DNA from: Fonticula-like sp. SCN 57-25
Taxonomy: Eukaryota
DNA length: 41,293 bases
Assembly: GCA_001724245.1 (NCBI GenBank)
Contig: MEDX01000028.1
Coordinates: 1 to 41,293 of the forward strand
Direction of reading: 5' to 3'
Position numbers and translations under genes: made by a program. The notes under the pieces are model-generated. The model was not told the DNA's origin. It was given only the letters and a program-made list of their open reading frames with translations, and did not search any database. Of the stretch, positions 12,816 through 24,383 are shown one piece after another. Within the stretch, counting starts at the first letter, position 1. Each line of letters opens with the position of its first letter.

Positions 12816-14702
12816 ATGTCGTTCAAGTGCACGGTCTGCGGCGAGGAGCTGTCGTCGGCAAAGGGCCTTTCGATGCATAACAAGCAGCGCGTACGCTTTC
12901 TCGGATATAATATATTGTTTATTGTACTTTTTTCTCTGACATGCGTCCTTTCCAGCATGGCAATGCCGATATTGCACAGGCGACCGCCGCTGTCAGCGCA
13001 ATGAAGACTACCTCGTGGGCCGACGACGTGTCGGATGACGAGGACGGTGCCCCCGCCCCCGTTGCCAAGCCGGCGGCTGCTCCTCAGCCCGCCGCTGCCA
13101 AGCCCGCCGCCGCCCCTCAGCCGGCCGCTGTTGAGCCCGCTGTCGAAGCATCGGAGCCCGCCGGGCCCCCGGTCGATGCTTCCGAAGTCCTGCAGACGCT
13201 CGTGCACACGCTCAGCGAGGTCGAGGTGAAGCTTGCCGAGCAGCAGGCGGACTCCAAGTCGCCCCTCTTTTCTGCGCACACATTCGAAGAGCTAGAACTG
13301 TGCGCATTTTTTCCCTCGTTTTCCCTGCTAACCATGCACAGGTCGCCCGAGCTGCTCAAGGGCGTTTACTCGATGGGCTTCAACCGCCCGTCCAAGATCC
13401 AGGAGCGCGCTCTCCCCCTTCTCCTGCGCAATGGCCCGAACGGCCGCCCGCGCAACGTCATTGCGCAGTCGCAGTCTGGCACGGGCAAGACGGCCGCCTT
13501 TGTGATTACGTGCCTGAGCCGCGTGGACGCGTCGCTCGACACGCCACAGGCGCTCATTCTGGCGCCGGCGCGCGAGCTCGCCGTTCAGACGAACGAGGTG
13601 CTCAAGGGCGTCGGCAAGTTCACCACCGTCAAGAGCTGCCTCGCCGTCGCCGGCCGCCGCCGTACGCATTTCCCGCCTCTTTTTCATGTCCGCGTCTTAC
13701 ACGCAAATTTTTTCATGCAGACACGGGCACTATCAAGGAGCAGATTGTTGTTGGCACGCCCGGTAGTATTCTCGAGCTCATGCAGCGCCGCTTCATTAAC
13801 TTGTCGACGATCAAGGTGTTTGTGCTCGACGAGGCCGACCAGATGATGAACATTCAGGGGCTCGGCGAGCAGTCCATGGTCATCTACGAGTACGTTTTCT
13901 GTCGCGATTTTCATATTTAATTTGTGCCTATTTTTTAATGCTAAATGGTGGTACAGCAATGTGCGCAAGGCGTCGCCCGAATGCCAGGTGCTCTTCTTCT
14001 CCGCGACGTACCCCGACGCCGTGAGCCGCGTCGCCAAGCGCATGGTGTCTGAGCCCAATATGCTCTACCTGAAGCGCGAGCAGGTGGCGCTCGGCGCCAT
14101 CCGCCAGTACGTCATCCGGTGCAAGGACGAGGACGAAAAGATGTCGATGCTCTCGGACCTGTACGGCCTCTTGACCGTCGGCTCGAGCATGATTTTCTGC
14201 AACGTACGCTCTATTTTTTCGTGTGTTTTCCCGCATGCTGATACTTTTTTTGTTTTAGCGCATTGATACTGCTCAGATGATCAATGACCAGATGAACAAG
14301 GAGGGCTACACAGTGTCGCTGCTGACTGGCCGGCTCGACAGCACGGAGCGCGACCGCGTCATGGACGACTTTTGCAAGGGCAAGAGCAAGGTGCTCGTGT
14401 CCACAAACGTGCTCGCGCGCGGTATCGACGTCGCGCAGGTGTCGCTCGTAATCAACTTTGATGTGCCGACGGCCTTTTCAGAAGACCGCTCGGCCGTGCC
14501 GGTGGCCGACTATGAGACGTACATTCACCGTATTGGCCGCACGGGGCGCTTTGGCCGCTCGGGAGTGGCCATCAACATGGTCGACTCGCAGGTGACCATG
14601 GGGCTCGTCAAGGACATTGAGCGCTTCTACTCGCACCCGATCGCCGAGCTGCCCGTCGACCTCGGGGCGCTCGAGGCGATCCTGCAGAACAAGTCAAGCT
14701 GA
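12816..14702 (+). CDS. DBP5: DEAD-box RNA helicase Dbp5/DDX19 (mRNA export) with an N-terminal C2H2 zinc finger
   Basis: FEEL...[73 protein letters not shown] and [17 protein letters not shown]. First exon 12816-12890 splices in frame to 12956. Confidence 0.93.
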
Positions 14703-14846
14703 GCGGAAGCCGCTTGTGTATCGAAAACAATAATATAAAGTGTGCATCCATTGAACAGCGTCGCATCTTTTGGGTTTACATTTGGAAACGTTTCAATACT
14801 TTTTTCTTTTCTATTGAAACAGATAGCATACATTTCAACCCTCCTT

Positions 14847-16208
14847 TCACGCACTCTGCACCTTGCTTGGCCTTGTTACGATGAGCTTGCCATCGGCGCC
14901 TCCACTCAAAATATTTCCATCGTCCGTCCACTCGACGCAGAGCACCTTGTCCTTGTGCGGCGTGACTGTGTGGATTGGCTGGAGCGCCCTGACGTCCCAC
15001 ACCTTGATGGTCCTGTCGTACGACCCCGACACAAACTGCAGCGACGTCCCCGACGCCGGCGCCCACGCGACGCACGACACAAAGTTCTTGTGGCTCACGA
15101 GCTTTTGCTTGATGACGGCGCCCTCGCGGACGCGCGGGTCCCAGATGCGCACGGCCTTGTCGGCGTGGCCGGTGATGATGAGCGAGCCGGCCTCCGAGTA
15201 CGACATGGCCTGGATCGCCGTGTCGCCCGTCATAGAGTGCACGTTGATGCCAGTGTTCATGTCCCATTGCCGGATGACGTGGTCCATGCTCGAGCTGAAG
15301 AGCGTCTCGGGAGTCGTCCACTCGATCCCAGTGATCGCGGCAGTGTGCCCATTCATATTGGTCAGCGAGTGGCGGAGCGCCACGTCATCGTCCTGGCGAG
15401 CGGCGACCTTGCGGCGCTTGCCGACCGTCGCGCCGGCGCTCGCGTGCCCTTCGGCATCCGTCACCGACGTCTGAAGATCCCAAATCTTGAGCTGGCCGTC
15501 CCACGAGCCAGACACAAAGCGAAGCGGGGTGACATTGTTCACGGCAACAGCGTCAACGGACGACGTGTGGCCAACAAAGCGCGCCGTCGCAACAAAGGCG
15601 GGCTTGCCTTCCTCATTCTCGCGGGCCTGGAAGAGACGGACCGTCTGATCCTGCGATCCCGTCAAGACCATCTGTGACGTGGTCGACACGACCGGGGCGA
15701 CGCACTTGATCGGTTTCGTGTGCGCGGCGGTAAAGGTGAGCGGCTCGAATTCGCTCGTCCAGAGACGCAGCCGGCCGTCATACGCGCCTGTGACAACACT
15801 GAAAAAAAGAGAGGCGTCAGTACGCGCGGGATCAGGGGAGCGCAGGACGCACGTGGTGCCGAGATGCTTCACGCACGACACCCAGTCATCGTGCGTGTGG
15901 CTCGCGACCTGCTCCGGCGGTGGGAGCGCTTCTACATATTCAAGCGTGATAACCTGCTCAGAAGAAAGCGAGTGCTCATCAATGTAGTCTTGGAGGCTCC
16001 CGAGAAGGAAGCGGCCATCAATCAAAAAGTGGAAGGGGCGAGCGGGCTCGCTCTCAAGCAAGTGGTTGACAATCTCGCTCAAACCATACCGGCGTAACCG
16101 AAGTGGAACGGCGATAGGGGCGTCCGTGACCGCGTCTTCGGCGCGCGCGGTGACAAAGCGAACCTTGATCTGCGCCTCATTGGACGCGTCCTGAGCCGGT
16201 GTCGCCAT
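14847..16208 (-). CDS. YTM1: Ribosome biogenesis WD40 protein Ytm1/WDR12
   Basis: N-terminal ubiquitin-like NLE domain (QIKVRFVT...PIAVPLRLRRYGLSEIVNHLL...PFHFLIDGRFL...LEY), HDDWVS, then WD40 repeats. One 54-nt intron at 15852-15799. Confidence 0.93.
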   Translation of the reverse strand: MATPAQDASNEAQIKVRFVTARAEDAVTDAPIAVPLRLRRYGLSEIVNHLLESEPARPFHFLIDGRFLLGSLQDYIDEHSLSSEQVITLEYVEALPPPEQVASHTHDDWVSCVKHLGTTCVLRSPDPARTDASLFFSVVTGAYDGRLRLWTSEFEPLTFTAAHTKPIKCVAPVVSTTSQMVLTGSQDQTVRLFQARENEEGKPAFVATARFVGHTSSVDAVAVNNVTPLRFVSGSWDGQLKIWDLQTSVTDAEGHASAGATVGKRRKVAARQDDDVALRHSLTNMNGHTAAITGIEWTTPETLFSSSMDHVIRQWDMNTGINVHSMTGDTAIQAMSYSEAGSLIITGHADKAVRIWDPRVREGAVIKQKLVSHKNFVSCVAWAPASGTSLQFVSGSYDRTIKVWDVRALQPIHTVTPHKDKVLCVEWTDDGNILSGGADGKLIVTRPSKVQSA

Positions 16209-16405
16209 GCTGCCTACCGGTATGCAAGGCCACGCTGCCACTGAATCTGGGGCAGATTTGACAATCGACCATGATCAAGCCATTTTTGATGGTCATCAGC
16301 GAACGCCGTTACAAACCGTTGTCACGCTTTTGAAACATCAGTGTCTGCGCCTGCATCGAGGCGGCGGAGCGGCCCGAGTAGCACAGCAAAGAGGCGCCGA
16401 CCAGA

Positions 16406-19400
16406 ATGGACTCTGCGGCAGCGTACGCACTCTACTATTCAGTTTGCATGAAGAGATCCCGCCGTGTCGCTAATCTCTTTGGACAGCGAGAGTATTCGGG
16501 TGTCAGTCCGTGTGCGTCCGGTGACGGCCGTAGAGACCACATGGGGACAGGTCGAGACGCTTAGTGTCCGCGCGGATCCCGAGCAGAACGCAGTGTTTGT
16601 GACGGGCCCGAAGGAGCAGGAGACGTTTTCTTTTGATCATGTAGCGGGCGAGCGCTCGACGCAGGAGGAGATCTTTCGTGTGGCGGGAAGGCCGACCACC
16701 GACAACTGCCTGCGTGGCTACAATGGCACCATCATCGCATAGTACGCCACGCCGAATGAGCACTAATATCAAAGTACTATGTCTAACCGCGCCATATAGT
16801 GGCCAAACCGGCAGCGGAAAGACGTTTACGATGTTTGGTCCTCTCGAATCCGCTGCTCGCCAATCGAGCGAGGTCCGCGGCGTCATCCCGCGATGCCTCG
16901 AGCATCTTTTTGCGGGAATTCAGCGCGAGCAAAAAAACAGCGGCGGGCGGATTTCCTACACGTGCCGCATTAGTTATGTTGAAATTTACCACGAGAACGT
17001 GTACGACTTGCTTGGCCCCAACGGACCGGCGCAGCACCTCTGCCGTACGCCGTTTTACGTTTGCGCCAAAAATGCTCATTTAATGGTAGAATTGCGCGAG
17101 GACAGCCGCCGCGGTGTCTTTGTTGACGGCGCTGTTGAGGAAGTTGTTTCATCCGCTGACGCGGCCTACTCGCTTTTGCTGCGTGGCGCGCAGGCCCGCC
17201 GCGTTGGCTCGACTGCCATGAACCACGAGAGCTCCCGCAGCCACTCTGTGTGTACAATCTTTATTTCTAGCTCGCTGACAGAGGACGGCATGACGAGCGT
17301 AAAGGAGGCGCGTCTCTGCCTTGTTGACCTGGCTGGCTCGGAGCGGCAGCGCGACACGCACGCGACCGGCTCGCGGCTCAAGGAAGGTAGCAGCATCAAC
17401 AAGGCGCTGTCGACGCTTAGCAATGTTATCCACGCGCTGAGCACGAATCGCCAGTTTATTCACTACCGCGACTCGAAGCTGACATTTTTGCTGCGCGACT
17501 CGCTCGGCGGCAACGCCAAGACGCACATCATTGCCAATATCTCGCCCGTCTTTGCCAACTATTCCGAGACGCTCTCGACGCTCCGTTTCGCGCAGCGCGC
17601 CAAACTCATCAAGAACAAGGTGTCGCTGAACGAGAACACGACCGCGCAGACGGAGCAGCTTCGCGAGCAGAACCGTCTTTTGAAGCTTCAGATTGCGCAG
17701 CTTGAGCAGAGCAAGGGCAGTCTCGTGTCTGCGTCGGCGCCTGACGAGCTGCAGGCCCAGCTGAACGACCTTAGCAACGCGCTTGTGATTGCGCTGGAGA
17801 AGCGCAAGGTGGCCGAAAAGGGCCTCGAGGACCACGCGCGGCTGTACAGTGTCGCGCAGAGCAACCTTGACATGGCGAGGCAGCAGCTCCGCCGCGAGCG
17901 CATGGTGATCCGTCTCCGCAACGCCTCAATTGATGCGCTCAAGCCCGGCGCGCCGCCGTCAGCCCTCAAGGTGTTTGCCGACCGCGCGCCTCTTGAAGAA
18001 GCCGTTGAGGAGCTTCACGCGGCGCTCGAGCGCATGCCCGAGATGATCAAGCACGCCGTTGACGCCGAGCAGCTGCGCGTCACGATGGCCGAAAAAGACC
18101 GCCTGATTGAGATTTACGCCAACTTTGCCGCCGAGCGCGCGCGCCAAGAGGACTACCAGCGTCAGCTGAGCGACCACCTGATTGAGCTCAAGGCGCAGCT
18201 TGCGTCGGCATCGGCGGCCGCGGCGGCGCAGGGTCTTGATGGGCCAATGGACGCGCGCACGCGCACGCAGGTGAGCGACTTGCGCCAGCGGCTTGCTGAA
18301 GAGACGCGCATTGCCGAGGAGCTCTCGTCAAAGTACAAGGCGCTTGTTATAGAGTCGGAGAGCCACCGCGCGCGCGCCGTCGAGCTTGAGGTCGAGCTTG
18401 AGAGCGCGCGCAAACTGCAGGTCGGTTTGCAGGCGGCGCTCGATCAGATGCGCGCGAGCCGTGAGCAGGAGGTCGAGGGTCTCAATATGGCCATCGAGAC
18501 GCTGCGTATGGAGAAGGGCGCGTCGGCGAATGACGCAGGTGAGCGTGCAGAGTTGCAGCGCATGTTGACCGACGCCCGCATGATGCTGGCGCAGCGCGAC
18601 GAGGAATTGTCGCTTGTGAGGCACAAGGCGGTCAAGGCGGAGAGCCGCGCTCGCCGCGCCAGTGACGCAGTACGTTTACTTATTTACTTTTGTATGTTTT
18701 ATTGACGGTCTGCAGTTTGCACAGGAACACATGAAGCGCAACATTGCGCTTGAGGCCGAAAAGCATCAGCTCGAAAAGCAGCTTGGCGGTTCGTTTTTCG
18801 CTTTTTTTCCCTCTCTTTTGCTGACAGATGTGTGATTCCAGATGCTGCGCAGCGGCTTTCCGAGCGCGACCGCGCCGTTGAGAACCTCGAGCAAGAACTG
18901 ACCGACCTTCAAGGCGCGCTTGAGCAGGGCGCCAAGGACCGCAGCGATCTTGAAGCCGAGCTGCTGAGCGCCAACAGCAAGATGGGCACCCTCGAGCAGC
19001 GCCTTGACGAGGCCGCCTCCAAAGAAGACGAGCTTGCCACGCAGGTGCAGAGCCTTCAGGACGAGCTTACCTTTCACACTGCGCGCGGCGTCGAGGACGG
19101 CAAGGCCATTCTTGGCCTCACCGGCACGATTCAGTCGCTTGAAGGGCAGCTCAAAGCGGCCTTGGAGCGCGTCTCGCACGCCGAGCAGGACATGCGGAGT
19201 CTTCGCGAGGAGCGCTCGGACGGCACCGCTCAGACGATGCAGGAGAACCAGCGGCTTCGCGAGGAATTGTGGGAGCAGCAGGAGGCCTTTGCGGCGCAGA
19301 GCGAGGCGCTGAACAAGGCGACGGCGGCGCTCGGCGAGGCGACGGTGGCGAGCGAGGAGGCGTGGCGCGAGTGCGACGCCGCCAAGGAGGTCGCCGAGCG

Positions 19401-20898
19401 CCTTTCAGAGGAGGCGGCGACGCTCAGAGCTTCGTTTGCCGAGCAGCTCGCGCGTGTCGAGGCGGACGCGCGCGCGGCGCAGAGCGCGGCAAAGGCGGAA
19501 ATTGCGGCGATGCGCGACGAGGCGGCTGACGCTGCGTCGCGCGAAGGGCGGTTGAGGCTCGAGTTGCAGGCTGCTGTGAGGCAGCGTGATGACGTGCAGG
19601 CGCAGATGACGTCAACATTGGAGCGGTGCCGCGACATGGAGGAGCACTTGACGATGGCGCGCGCGGACGCGGAGACGGCCTCGGGCGCGGCGTCGGATAC
19701 GATTCAGAGGCTGAGCGAGGAGGTGGCGGCAAAGGCGGCCGAGTTGCAGGCGGCGCAGAAGAGGGCGGCGCAGTTGCAGGCAACCTTGGAGCAGATGCAA
19801 GAGTCGTCAAAGATGTCGGCTGGTACGGAATGGTAATAGAATAAAAGTAAAGTATTAATTGTGGGTTTAGAATCGACAGATGATGCGCTTAATGCTATCA
19901 GGCGCGATCTCGACCGCACAATCTTTAGGAATAACGAGTACGCTTTATATAGATTATTGCTTTTTTGACCCCCCTTTTTACACTTTTTGTACCAATTTTG
20001 CCTCCATTTCTCTCACTTATGATTTCCGTTGTTTTAACTGATTTTTTCTAGACTTGAAACGCAAGCGAGCGCACTTGCTTCTGACTTGCGCAACGCCGAG
20101 CTGCTCATCCAGCAGGGCCGCCTTGACCTCAAGGAGCTCCAAGAGAGCGCCGATGAAGCCAAGCACGCCCTCCTCATGGAGCGCACCGCCCTTCAGCAGC
20201 GCACCGCCGCGGCCGACAGGCTTCAGTCTCAAGTATCCGCTCTTCAGCGCAATGAAGAAGAGCTTTCCGAGGCGCGCGCCCTATTGAGCCGCCAATCCGG
20301 CAAGCTGGCCACGCTTGAAGCCGAGTGCGCGCGCCTTTCAAAGGAGCTTGCACTAGCCGACGGCGCCAAGAAAGACGCCCTTTCCGCGCACGCCGAACTT
20401 CAATCGAACCTGCAGAGCTGCCGCGAGATGGAGTCGCTTGCGCACGCGCGCGCCGAAGAGAGCGAGACGCGCCTTCAGCAGCTTCGCGAGGAGCACAAGC
20501 GCGTTGTTGATGCGATGACGTCGTCGACAGAGGCGATCGAGTCGCTTCAGAATGAGAATCTTTTGCTGAGCCGGCACAACAATTCAAAGCAGCGGATTCA
20601 GCACTTCGTGACGGTGAAGAAGCAGAATGATGACTTGCAAAAGCAGGTGGCGGACCTGCAGCGGCAGCTGGCAGAGGCGCAGTGGCAGCTGGGCGGCGAG
20701 CAGGCGCCTGCTTCGAGGAGGTCGACGGAGCAGTTTGCCGTGCCGCAGACGCCGACGCCGGCGCCGACGCCGCAGCCGTTGAAGGAGAGGAAGGCGCCGA
20801 CAGCGCAGCAGGAAGTGCAGGAGGCGGCAAAGGCGGCGCCGCCGGCGAGGGAGTTGAGGTCGAGGGCGAGGTCGCAGAGGGCCGCGCAGAGTAGTTGA
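16406..20898 (+). CDS. KIF15: Kinesin-12 motor (KIF15/Xklp2-like) with a long coiled-coil tail
   Basis: IRVSVRVRP, GYNGTIIAY-GQTGSGKT, NHESSRSH, LVDLAGSERQRDT and HYRDSKLTFLLRDSLGGNAKTHIIANI. The C-terminal HNNSKQRIQHFVTVKKQN matches the KIF15/HMMR C-terminal motif. About 7 exons. Confidence 0.85.
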
Positions 20899-21113
20899 GT
20901 GATGCTGTTTTATATCAAAATTCTCTCTGTTATGTTTGATGCAATACCAATAGAGTAGGAATAATCCTTGAATACATGAGAACTGGTCTGAAAGGGCGTT
21001 ATTTTATGGTGCATTGCACGAAAACCAGTGAACATTGTTCCTTATTTCCCTCCAAGGCTTCAAGATTGCTGATTTCGTGTTTCCCGCCAAAAATCTGGTT
21101 TGAAAGATCTGTC

Positions 21114-21939
21114 ATGAGCTCCATCGTGGCAAACTTTGTGCAAAAGGGCCGCAAGATCGTCGCGATCGGCCGCAACTACGGGTGCGCCATTTCCTTCCCA
21201 TTATCAAAATGAAGCTTATGGTGTTGCTTTAGCGCGCATGCAAAGGAGCTTGGCAATGCCGTTCCGACCAAGCCGTTCTTCTTCCTCAAGCCGACCTCGA
21301 GCTACGTCGTGGAGGGCCAGGCGATCGAGGTGCCCGCTGGCGTCGATGTCCACCACGAAGGTACAAAATCTTATTTAGCGTTGTTTTTGGCTTATTTTGG
21401 CTTTTTCAGTGGAGCTGGGTGTTGTGATCGGCAAGACTGGCCGCGACATTCCCGTCGCCGATGCCCACAGCCACATTGGCGGCTACTGCCTCGCGCTCGA
21501 CATGACTGCGCGCAACCTGCAGGTATATTTTCTTTGTTCCTTTCCATTTTTTGTATAGTTTGCTTACTTTGAGTAGATTGAGGCCAAGAATGCCGGGCTT
21601 CCGTGGTCGGCCGCCAAGGGCTACGACACGTTCTGCGGCGTGAGCGGCCTCATCGCCAAGGAAAAGATCCCGGATCCCGACAACATCTCGCTTTGGCTCG
21701 ACGTGAACGGGACGCGCCACCAGTCGGGCAACTCGCACGACATGATCTTTAGCGTGGCGCAGCTCATCGCGCACACGAGTACCATCATGAGGCTCGAGGA
21801 GGGCGATCTGCTCCTCACGGGGACGCCGGCGGGCGTGGGGCCCGTCTTGCCGGGCGACGTTATCACGGCGGGGCTCGGCGACGGAATTGCCAAGATTACT
21901 TTCAACGTCATTGCGCGCCCGGCGCCCGCAAAGTTGTGA
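21114..21939 (+). CDS. FAHD1: Fumarylacetoacetate hydrolase domain protein (FAHD1-type acylpyruvase/oxaloacetate decarboxylase)
   Basis: GRKIVAIGRNY-AHAKELGNAVP..PFFFLKPTSSY, VHHEVELGVVIG, YCLALDMTARNLQ, GLPWSAAKGYDTF and LEEGDLLLTGTPAGVG. 4 exons. Confidence 0.93.
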
Positions 21940-22068
21940 GGAATGTGCCGCTTTATAGAACTGTGCTGGAATCGGCAGCAAACCGAATGTAAGATGGTCA
22001 TACGTACATTATCAACATTAAACTATCGCAAAGAGTCTCTGCGCTCTACAAATAAACATAAAAAGACA

Positions 22069-22820
22069 CTATTCAAAGTCGCTATCGTCGCGCGCGGCCG
22101 ACGACGCCACTTTCCCACCCGCCGACTTTGACTTTTTCTTCCGCTTCCTGACGAGGCATTTGTTGACGATCCGCGACAGGTCGAGCTGCACCGACGCTTC
22201 ACCGAGCAGGCTCCGCTTCCCTCGGATGACCCCCGCAAAGAGTCGGCTGTGGTACTGCGTCGCGATTTTTGTATTGGCTTCAACGAGCTGCTGCTGGCGC
22301 TCGCGGATCTGCATTGCCATGTCGGCCGAGAACCGTCCAGCTACATCCACTGTGTTAATAAAATGAATTATGGCAATGCTGTTGTCGCACCTCTTAATTG
22401 CCGGTGGAAAGACAACAAAGGGCTGTCAAAGAAAAACACCTTTCCGCTAAACAGATCATTGATGGCAGCTTCTTGCGAGGCGGCCCGCTGCTCATCCGTC
22501 ACTTTTAAACCGCATCTCCGCTCCGACGCGGCGCCCGGCAAAAAAGCCTAACACAATAATGAGCATTATAATCAATTAATGTACAGCCTCGTACGCGAAG
22601 CCGTGTCCGCTCTTCATCATTAAGAAGATCGTCCCACGTCTCCTTGTTCAACGCATCAGAGATGGCGTCGAGTTCGACGAGACCCGAGATCCCAGGAACA
22701 TGCTCCTCGTCCAAAATCGGCTGCAGCACCAAAAGGTTAAATAAATAACCATTAACAGAGTGAGCAAGACTGCAGTGCGGCAAAAGAGACGGCCGAACGC
22801 ACCTTCTTGACCGTCGCCAT
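22069..22820 (-). CDS. Small NFRKB(INO80G)-type DEUBAD-domain protein (4 exons, under 200 aa)
   Basis: Spliced: DALNKETWDDLLNDEERTRLR-AFLP...AINDLFSGKVFFFDSPLLSFHRQLR-...GRFSADM...QYHSRL. This matches the NFRKB/ASX DEUBAD pattern (ETW..L.eeE...L..fLP; LF.G..F.F.sPl). Confidence 0.7.
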
Positions 22821-22945
22821 GACGATCGGAAGCCAAGCCGCGACCTTACCGCCTGCTTACCGCTGATCGATATGCACCGTCAGCGTTTCAGTTTCTGTTT
22901 GGCTGTAACCGACGTCAAAGTCTGCAGCGGGATCGGCTTTCGGGA

Positions 22946-24049
22946 ATGAAGACGGAAGTATTAGAGGACACGGTCGCCGACACGACACGCGGCGCCACGA
23001 GTGACATGCTTTCTCGTGTGTCATACATGTTCTTTATGTCCTCCATGTTGCTAATCTTTTGGTTTGCACTGTAGAGCCCGAGTGGGTTGCTCGCATGGCG
23101 TCGACGAGCGCGGCCAACCGCGGGATCCTCAAGCATCAGATCCGCCGCGTGCCGTACTTTGACTCGAACACGCTCACGTACCAGGTCCCGCATCGCTCCA
23201 AGCTGTACTTTTACCCGCCTTCGCGCGCGCCCGATATCCTCTTTGGCACGGGCGGGCTGTACCTCACGGAGACGGCCAAGAGTGTGACCGCGCGCGCTGT
23301 TGCCAAGGCCGCGTCCGCGTCCGCCGGCGCGTCAACCCAAACTGGCGCGTCTTTGGCGTCGGCCGCATCTAATTCGAGTGCGACTGCGACCGCTTCTTCC
23401 GCAATAACCGCTGCGGCTTCGGCATCGCCACCGCCGCCTCCGCAAACACCGGCCGGCCGCCGCGCGTCGTCTAACCGTCATAGCCCGACGCCCGACGGCG
23501 GCGTGGACGGCAGTGACTCTCGTTCGCTACGCGGTGCGCGCGAGACGCCGGTCCCGTCGAGCCCTGCCCGGCCAGGCCGGCCGAGGCGCAAGGCCGCCGT
23601 GCCTGCCGAGGACCGCGCTGCGGCTGCTGCAGAGTCGATATGCACAAAGTGCTACGAGCCGTGCGCGCGAGACGACGCCGACAAGCGCTCAATCTCGTGT
23701 GGCGACTGCGGTCACCAGTGTACGCATCAGAAGAGACTCTCGTTGTGTTGTCTGACGTCGCGACAGTTCACACGAAATGCCTCGAATGGACACCAAAGAT
23801 CGCCGATCGCGTCCGGTCATTCCCTTCGTGGCAGTGCGTCGACTGCAAGGTGTGCACGCAGTGCCACGCGGTGGGCGACGAGGTGCGGAATCACTTTTTT
23901 GTCGCACGATCTTTTGAGCTGACCCTCTCGCGCGATAGGGGCGGCTTTTGTTCTGCGACCAATGCGACCGCGGGTTCCACATGGACTGCCTGCCAGAGCC
24001 GCTCACGCAGATTCCAGAGGGCGACTGGAGCTGCCCAGAGTGTGCATGA
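22946..24049 (+). CDS. PHF10 (BAF45a)-like tandem PHD finger protein; first exon uncertain
   Basis: Double PHD: CTKC...[15 protein letters not shown]...[12 protein letters not shown]...[16 protein letters not shown]...[11 protein letters not shown]. The N-terminal [27 protein letters not shown] resembles the PHF10 segment RRAYFDLQTHVIQVP. Confidence 0.72.
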
Positions 24050-24383
24050 GGTCGCTGCCGAGTGTACGGCTGTGTATTATACTGAATAGACTGCATTGTG
24101 TGTTTAGCGTTTTGGTTTCGCCATTTTCCTTCGTATTTTTGTCAGTATTTTGTCAATAAACAGTGCCAAAACTATCATTGAATATCTTTTCAATACCGCC
24201 AAGAGTCTTACAGACCGACTATCGTTGTGGACTGACAAAAGTCGCACGGGATGAGCATAAATTTTGTATTGGAATCTTTACATAAGCAATTGGCAGCAAG
24301 TCAAACCCCGCGCGTCAGGGACAACATAGGTTGAGCCAGACAGCGACAGCGTTCTTCCCGACAACCAACAAATACAAATGCTT

